From Spirochaetota bacterium (GTDB lineage Bacteria; Spirochaetota; Brevinematia; DTOW01), in NCBI GenBank assembly GCA_028276145.1, contig JAPYWX010000003.1, forward strand, positions 1-34,832: DNA of 34,832 nt. The letters are read 5' to 3'. The position numbers and the translations under genes were made by a program. The notes below the pieces were generated by a model. That model saw nothing but the letters and a program-made list of their open reading frames with translations. It had not been told where the DNA came from and did not search any database. How positions within the stretch are numbered: position 1 is the stretch's first letter; each line of letters begins with the position of its first letter. Positions 29,295-34,832 of the stretch are shown here, in pieces.

Positions 29295-30587
29295 CTATGA
29301 ATTTATTATTTCTCCTATTAGAGTACTACCGCTAAGTTCTTTAATTCTGACACTAACGAACTTACCTATCAAATTTTCTTTTGATTCTACGGCTACCATC
29401 TTATTGTACGTAGTCCTACCAATATACTGATTCTCGTATTTACCTACATCCTCTACCAGTATTTCAAAAGTTTTTCCTACATCTTTCAGGTTACTTTCGC
29501 GGCTTATTGAATGCTGAAGATTTATTAATCTCTGTATTCTCTCAGTTTTAATCTCTTCGGGCACTTGTTCTGGCATTGAAGCGGCAGGAGTTCCTTCCCT
29601 AGGGTTAAAGACAAACATGTATGAAAAATCAAACCTAACTTCTTCAACAAGCTTCAATGTCATCTCAAAATCTTCTTCAGTTTCCGAAGGGAAACCAACT
29701 ATTATATCTGTTGAGATTGCAGCATCAGGCATTCTGCTCCGTATGTAATTTATCATGTCAACATAGTACTCATAAGTGTAACCTCTCTTCATAAGCTTGA
29801 GTATCCTATTAGAGCCACTCTGAACAGGCAGATGGAAATACCTACACAACTTATCCAATTCAGATATTGTATCAATCAAATCTCTCCTAAAGTTAACAGG
29901 ATGAGAAGTCAAAAACCTTATTCTTCTAAGCCCTTCTATCTTATTAACCTCTTTTAGTAGTTCTTTGAACGAAGTACCTATATCCCTACCGTAAGAATTC
30001 ACATTCTGCCCCAAAAGCAACACCTCAACAACCCCATTATCAACAAGCCTTTTTATATCGTCAATTATATCCTTCATTGGCCTACTTACTTCCCTACCTC
30101 TAGTCTTAGGAACAATACAGTAGGTACAAGCATGATTACAACCATGTATTATTGTGACAGAAGCCTTAAAAGGGTAAACATAATCAATCGTTGAAGGCAA
30201 AAACTCATACCTATCCATCCTTATATCTACAACCTGGTTTTGGCCACTCATTATTGCTTCAAGCATCTTACTTCTACTGTATGTCCCAAAAACACCACTT
30301 ATATGCTGAGCCTCCTTCAATAGCCTCTCTCCCCAGTTCTGAGCCATACACCCAGTAACAAAAATCCTAAGATTCGGCTTTTTCTTCTTTAGCCCTTTGA
30401 GATAACCAAGCCTACCAAATACCCTTTCCTCAGCCGTATTCCTAACACTACAAGTGTTTATGATTATAACATCAGCATCTTCCTCGTTATCTGTGTAATT
30501 AAGCCCAGAAGACTGTAACAAAGTCCTAAGCTCAAAAGAATCAGACATATTCATCTGACATCCATAAGTCTCTATGAAAAATTTCAT
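29295..30587 (-). CDS. miaB: tRNA-2-methylthio-N6-dimethylallyladenosine synthase
   Basis: TYGCQMN, NTCSVR, CNHACTYC radical SAM motif, C-terminal TRAM domain. Confidence 0.95.
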   Translation of the reverse strand: MKFFIETYGCQMNMSDSFELRTLLQSSGLNYTDNEEDADVIIINTCSVRNTAEERVFGRLGYLKGLKKKKPNLRIFVTGCMAQNWGERLLKEAQHISGVFGTYSRSKMLEAIMSGQNQVVDIRMDRYEFLPSTIDYVYPFKASVTIIHGCNHACTYCIVPKTRGREVSRPMKDIIDDIKRLVDNGVVEVLLLGQNVNSYGRDIGTSFKELLKEVNKIEGLRRIRFLTSHPVNFRRDLIDTISELDKLCRYFHLPVQSGSNRILKLMKRGYTYEYYVDMINYIRSRMPDAAISTDIIVGFPSETEEDFEMTLKLVEEVRFDFSYMFVFNPREGTPAASMPEQVPEEIKTERIQRLINLQHSISRESNLKDVGKTFEILVEDVGKYENQYIGRTTYNKMVAVESKENLIGKFVSVRIKELSGSTLIGEIINS

Positions 30588-30658
30588 ACCTTCACCAGAA
30601 ACATTATAAAAATACTATATAAATTGTAGAGATTTTTCTAATAATAAATCAAATTAGC

Positions 30659-30750
30659 AACAGGCTAGACCTATTACTTACAGGTTAAACCCAGCTTCTA
30701 TAAAAAAGAATTTCATATTCATCGCAGAGAGGCGTAGCCTCTCTGTACTC
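30659..30750. repeat. Degenerate C units plus core hairpin
   Basis: acaggctagacct, acaggttaaacc. cagagaggc-gta-gcctctctg at 30725-30745. Confidence 0.65.
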
Positions 30751-30773
30751 TTATAAAAATAATTTAATAATCC

Positions 30774-31328
30774 TCACTCAAACTCAACTTCTTCGGAAGG
30801 TACTAACTTAACATATCTATTCTTACCGAAGTAGAATATAGGTGAAACTTTGTTTAAGATGGGTCTTTCGTTTTCATCAAAAACATCAGGATTTATATGA
30901 ACAGTTAGAACCTCTCCAATTATCAAATTATGATCTCCAATCTCTTCATCTTTGACAACTTTACATTCATACACAGCATAGGAGATAGGTAGAATGACAA
31001 TTCCATCGTTTTTACCTTCTTGCACAGGAATATTAAACTTAGAGATTTTGTCTACTTCCCTGCCAGAAACAGAACCTATGTTATCAACCAATTTTAGGTA
31101 ATCCCAGCTCAAAAAATTAGCAGAGAATTTCTGAGATTTTTTTATTAGCTCGTAGGTGTATCTTTTCTTAGCTATCATTACAGCAAAATACCTAGGATTT
31201 GAAGAAACGCCAGAATTCCAAGCAACTGGCATTAAGTTGATTTTATTCTCAAACTTCGTAGCTACGACAGTAACAATATTAGGGTAAAAATGGTAAAATT
31301 TATTACTCTTACTTTCAACTAGCTGCAT
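30774..31328 (-). CDS. Flavin reductase family protein
   Basis: NLMPVAW, GSVSGREVDK, YECKV....GDH.LIIGEV. Confidence 0.88.
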   Translation of the reverse strand: MQLVESKSNKFYHFYPNIVTVVATKFENKINLMPVAWNSGVSSNPRYFAVMIAKKRYTYELIKKSQKFSANFLSWDYLKLVDNIGSVSGREVDKISKFNIPVQEGKNDGIVILPISYAVYECKVVKDEEIGDHNLIIGEVLTVHINPDVFDENERPILNKVSPIFYFGKNRYVKLVPSEEVEFE

Positions 31329-31330
31329 AA

Positions 31331-31903
31331 CTATATTCTTTCAGCTTGGTCAAAATATATATTCACTGGTGTTTCCCTGTTAAATATTTCTACGATTACC
31401 TTTAGCTTGAACTTATCATTGTGAACCTCAGCTACTCTTCCAACAAGCCCCTTAAACGGACCATCCGTTATTCTTACTTGATCTCCAACCTCAAATGTAG
31501 ACGATAGATCCAGAAAAGCCTTACTCTTAAACTCTCCTATCCTCTCGAATATTGACCTAACTTCCTCAAATGACAATGGCTTTGGTGGCTTCCTCAAAGA
31601 CTTCGTTCCAAGGAATCCAATAACTCCTGCTATTCTTTTTATTGCCGCCATGAACCTCTCTAGAAGATGCTCATCCTGTGGTAAATCCAATTCCATCAAT
31701 ATATATCCAGGGTAAACTCTTTGTTTCTTAATAATTTTTTGATTTGTTTTTGGGTTTTTTACCTCAACATTCTCAGTAGGTATCTTTACATTTATTACTA
31801 TCTTCTTAAAATCCTCATCCGACAATATTTCCTTTTTTATCCTCTCAACAACTTTATTTTCCATTCCGGAGACAGCTTGTAGCACATACCATGCTCTACC
31901 CAT
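31331..31903 (-). CDS. nusG: Transcription termination/antitermination factor NusG
   Basis: WYVLQ..SG.E, YPGYIL, KOW motif GDQVRITDGPF, IFNRETPV. Confidence 0.95.
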   Translation of the reverse strand: MGRAWYVLQAVSGMENKVVERIKKEILSDEDFKKIVINVKIPTENVEVKNPKTNQKIIKKQRVYPGYILMELDLPQDEHLLERFMAAIKRIAGVIGFLGTKSLRKPPKPLSFEEVRSIFERIGEFKSKAFLDLSSTFEVGDQVRITDGPFKGLVGRVAEVHNDKFKLKVIVEIFNRETPVNIYFDQAERI

Positions 31904-31910
31904 AAAACAC

Positions 31911-32096
31911 CTACCTAAGAAGCAGTCCTATCAAAGTAGAAGCTATAAAATCGACTAATCCTAGAATTAGCGATAAGATTAATATAAAAACAATAGTAAC
32001 TGTAGATGAGGCAACAACCTCTTCCTTGGAAGGCCAAGAGACCTTCCTCATTTCATCTATTACACCTTTAAAAAAATCAATAAGTCTTCTAAACAT
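31911..32096 (-). CDS. secE: Preprotein translocase subunit SecE
   Basis: EMRKVSWPSKEE plus one TM. ATG at 32096, because the longer ORF overlaps tRNA-Trp. Confidence 0.93.
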   Translation of the reverse strand: MFRRLIDFFKGVIDEMRKVSWPSKEEVVASSTVTIVFILILSLILGLVDFIASTLIGLLLR

Positions 32097-32108
32097 AATC
32101 TTATCCTT

Positions 32109-32183
32109 CAGGTCTGGTGGGGCTCGAACCCACAACCTCCGGATTTGGAGTCCGGCGCTCTAGCCAGTTAGAGCTACAGACCT
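32109..32183 (-). tRNA. tRNA-Trp (CCA)
   Basis: AGGTCTG...CAGACCT-G, anticodon arm CCGGA-CTCCAAA-TCCGG. Canonical position before secE. Confidence 0.95.
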
Positions 32184-32189
32184 AAGTAA

Positions 32190-32272
32190 TGGGGATGGAG
32201 GGACTCGAACCCTCACGGGTTTTCACCCAGGGGATTTTAAGTCCCCCGCGTCTGCCATTCCGCCACATCCCC
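32190..32272 (-). tRNA. tRNA-Leu (TAA)
   Basis: GGGGATG...CATCCCC-A, anticodon arm GGGGA-CTTAAAA-TCCCC, long variable arm. Confidence 0.95.
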
Positions 32273-32281
32273 ATCAAAAAA

Positions 32282-32311
32282 ATTATACAAAACAACGAAA
32301 AATAATTTCAA
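32282..32311 (-). promoter_or_regulatory. Sigma70-like promoter of the tRNA-secE-nusG operon
   Basis: TTGAAA-N18-TATAAT. Confidence 0.6.
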
Positions 32312-32338
32312 ATTGTACAGATTGTATTGAAAAACTAT

Positions 32339-32357
32339 AGAGAGGCTCCGCCTCTCT
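32339..32357. repeat. Isolated core-type hairpin
   Basis: agagaggc-tcc-gcctctct. Confidence 0.65.
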
Positions 32358-32422
32358 GGAATAAAAAGCTAAAAATCAAATTATTTACTCAAATACATTC
32401 ATGAAAAACCGATCTCTTCAAC

Positions 32423-33709
32423 TTAGCTAACAGTATATACCACCTTACCACCAACAACTGTATATTTAACAATCCCATAAACCTCGAAACCAAGAAAACA
32501 CGAATTTTTCCCCTTAGAAACAAAAAATTCTTCGTCTATTACATACTTCTTTCCAGGGTCAAATACTACTATATCGGCATCTGCACCTTCTGAAATATGT
32601 CCCTTCTGTGAAAGCCCTAAAATTTTCGAAGGATTAAATGAAAATACTTTTATTAATTCCATAAAATCCAAAATTCCTTCCTTCACTAACTTCGTAAACA
32701 CAATAGGTAACGCAGTTTCAAGCCCAATTGTCCCAAAAGGTGCTTCCTGTAGTGTGAGAGATTTTTCAAACTTAGTATGCGGAGCATGGTCCGTTGCTAT
32801 CACATCCACTATTCCATCTTTCAAAGCCTCAATAAGAGATTCCCTATCTTCTTCAGTTCTTAAAGGGGGATTCATCTTCTTATTTGTATCTAAATGCCCT
32901 AATATGTCATCTTCCGTGAGAACCAAATGATGGGGTGTAACCTCACAGGTAACATTAATTCCCATGCTTTTCGCCCACCTTATTAGTTCAACAGATTCTT
33001 TAGTAGATATATGCTGTAAGTGTAACCTACTTTCAGACTCTTTGGCCAAGAGTACATCCCTTGCAACAGCAGTAGACTCTGAAGAATTAGGTATACCCTG
33101 TACACCTAATTCCAAAGATTTAACACCTTCGTTTATTACACCTCCAGAAGACAAACTGACATCCTCTGGATGCTCCAAAATAAGAACATCAAAATTTCTA
33201 GCGTACACAAGAGCCTTCTGCATTATTCTAGCGTCGTAAACAGGCTTGCCGTCATCAGAAAATGTAATACATCCTAGCTCTTTGAATAATCCCATCTCAG
33301 TTATTTCCTTGCCTTCCATATTCTTTGTTATAGTAGCGGATTGCAAAACATTGACCACCGATTTTTTCTTTATCCTCTCAACAACATCTATGTAAACCTC
33401 AGGCAAGCTTATAGGCGGGTTAGTATTAGCCATAGCAACGATTGTCGTTATACCTCCTTTAGCTGCAGCTTTCGTGCCTGTTTCTATGGTTTCCTTATTT
33501 TCAAACCCGGGCTCTCTCAAATGGACATGCATGTCAATCAAACCAGGGAAAACAAACATTCCACTTGCATCAATCACTTCACATTCATAATTCAAATTCT
33601 TTCCAACCTTTGCAATTTTACCATCAGAGATGAGAATATCTAAACTCTCACCGTTAATTTTATTCTTATAGCAGTATACAGACCCATTCTTTATAAGAAG
33701 ATTTGCCAT
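32423..33709 (-). CDS. pyrC: Dihydroorotase (type I)
   Basis: DMHVHLREPG, MANT.P, FSDDG, KMNPPLR, ATDHAPH. Confidence 0.95.
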   Translation of the reverse strand: MANLLIKNGSVYCYKNKINGESLDILISDGKIAKVGKNLNYECEVIDASGMFVFPGLIDMHVHLREPGFENKETIETGTKAAAKGGITTIVAMANTNPPISLPEVYIDVVERIKKKSVVNVLQSATITKNMEGKEITEMGLFKELGCITFSDDGKPVYDARIMQKALVYARNFDVLILEHPEDVSLSSGGVINEGVKSLELGVQGIPNSSESTAVARDVLLAKESESRLHLQHISTKESVELIRWAKSMGINVTCEVTPHHLVLTEDDILGHLDTNKKMNPPLRTEEDRESLIEALKDGIVDVIATDHAPHTKFEKSLTLQEAPFGTIGLETALPIVFTKLVKEGILDFMELIKVFSFNPSKILGLSQKGHISEGADADIVVFDPGKKYVIDEEFFVSKGKNSCFLGFEVYGIVKYTVVGGKVVYTVS

Positions 33710-33850
33710 ATATAAAGTTTAAAAGATTTCAACAGCATCATTACCAATTTCCTAAAAAACTACTACCTACTTACCACTTTCACAACTGTACTATACTTAA
33801 CCTAATTACTAAGTAAAAAGCCTCAATATAGTCATAAATATGCTTCATTA

Positions 33851-33964
33851 GTATTAAACACTAGAGAGTAAAGAGAGACGAAGTCTCTCTTCAAACAATT
33901 AGGGTGGAAGAGTGAGGCCACTAGAAGTAATGTTCTAATTCATAATCAAGTGCTAAAAGCACTT
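33851..33964 (-). repeat. Inverted core element plus A palindrome
   Basis: aagagagac-gaa-gtctctctt at 33871-33891 within a reverse-complement core. gtgctaaaagcac at 33950. Confidence 0.8.
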
Positions 33965-33972
33965 ATATGCTT

Positions 33973-34674
33973 TTATACAATTTTAAACTTTTCAATGTAG
34001 TATTCCATCAATTCTACATCATCCCTTGTTGTTATCTTTATATTCCTAACCTCACCTTCAACAACATAAATTTCAGAAATCCCAAGGTATCTAACCACCG
34101 AACTATCGTCAGGGAAACTCATGTTCCCACTTTTCGTTAACTTTTCGTAAGCCTCTAATATAATCTCATACTTAAACCCTTGGGGAGTCTGCACTTGTAA
34201 TATTTTATCTCTATCAAGAAAACTAGTAACTTTTCCGTCAGAAACTTCAACCAGAGTATCAAAAACTTTCAAACACGGTATCACAGCTCCCTTTTCAGGA
34301 ATAGCTTCAACAACTCTGCCTATTAGTTCTTGTGATACCAAAGGTCTTGCCCCATCATGTATGAGTACAAAACTATCTTTATTTTCAATAGCCAACAAAC
34401 CATTAATTGATGACTCTGTTCGAGTATTACCTCCTTCAACAATTTTAGATACTTTCCTAAAATTTTTCACCAACTCCCTTGTCTCATTTATGAATTCTTT
34501 AGATGAAACAATGATTATCCTATCTACATATTTACTCTTCTCAAAAGCTTCCACAGAGTACTCTAATATTGTTTTACTCTTGACTAAGAAAAACTGCTTT
34601 GGTCTATCCCATCCGAACCTTTTACCTACACCACCAAAGAGTACTATAGCAATTACTTCTTTAGCGTTTATCAT
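33973..34674 (-). CDS. ispD: 2-C-methyl-D-erythritol 4-phosphate cytidylyltransferase
   Basis: GG.GKRFG...PKQF, IHDGARP, QTPQGF, NIKITT. A TarI-like paralogue is not excluded. Confidence 0.85.
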   Translation of the reverse strand: MINAKEVIAIVLFGGVGKRFGWDRPKQFFLVKSKTILEYSVEAFEKSKYVDRIIIVSSKEFINETRELVKNFRKVSKIVEGGNTRTESSINGLLAIENKDSFVLIHDGARPLVSQELIGRVVEAIPEKGAVIPCLKVFDTLVEVSDGKVTSFLDRDKILQVQTPQGFKYEIILEAYEKLTKSGNMSFPDDSSVVRYLGISEIYVVEGEVRNIKITTRDDVELMEYYIEKFKIV

Positions 34675-34677
34675 TAT

Positions 34678-34832
34678 TTAGAAAATTAAAGTTCCTTCCA
34701 TCAACTCCTTGTATATACTCTGTGGCAGGAAACTAATACTTCTAACATCATCAGAATAATACCTTGTTTTTAGATTGCATGTTCTGTAACTTATTCTCGG
34801 ATTATAGAGTTTAGAGCCAATAGATATTGTCC
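34678..34832 (-). CDS. 3' end of probable spermidine synthase (partial)
   Basis: Manual translation ..TISIGSKLYNPRISYRTCNLKTRYYSDDVRSISFLPQSIYKELMEGTLIF* resembles the SpeE C-terminus (GSK...P, lktrYY, F.LP). Confidence 0.55.
   Translation of the reverse strand, partial: TISIGSKLYNPRISYRTCNLKTRYYSDDVRSISFLPQSIYKELMEGTLIF

Noticed and set aside
32097-32135. N-terminal extension of SecE in the ORF track
   Set aside because: Overlaps tRNA-Trp. ATG at 32096 gives a normal short SecE.

Overview
Low-GC, gene-dense chromosomal segment of an anaerobic diderm bacterium, with most genes on the minus strand. Genes: a sodium:solute symporter (partial, missing from the ORF track), TlpA and trxB, a DUF151 nuclease, a hydrogenase maturation protease with an orphan 2-oxoacid oxidoreductase gamma subunit, tsf, two GH13 enzymes and one GH57, an amidase, YggT, a four-subunit pyruvate:ferredoxin oxidoreductase operon, an LptF/G-like pair, class II ribonucleotide reductase, a TonB-dependent receptor, 5-FTHF cyclo-ligase, miaB, nusG, secE, pyrC, ispD, a probable speE 3' end and three tRNAs (Pro-CGG, Trp-CCA, Leu-TAA). 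No transposase, phage gene or CRISPR array was seen. The most unusual signal is non-coding. Nearly every large intergenic spacer is filled with a mosaic of short palindromic modules: GTGCT-N3/4-AGCAC, GTGTT-N3-AACAC, ACAGGC-Nx-GCCTGT, and an oriented core carrying an AGAGAGG-GNA-CCTCTCT-type hairpin. These occur in 15-22 bp tandem arrays, in partly conserved order and in both orientations, like a REP/BIME/MITE system. Separately, a GTAAAC-N15-GTTTAC operator-like palindrome (BirA-type architecture) lies upstream of both the symporter and the TonB-dependent receptor. All calls are by eye, with no database searches.
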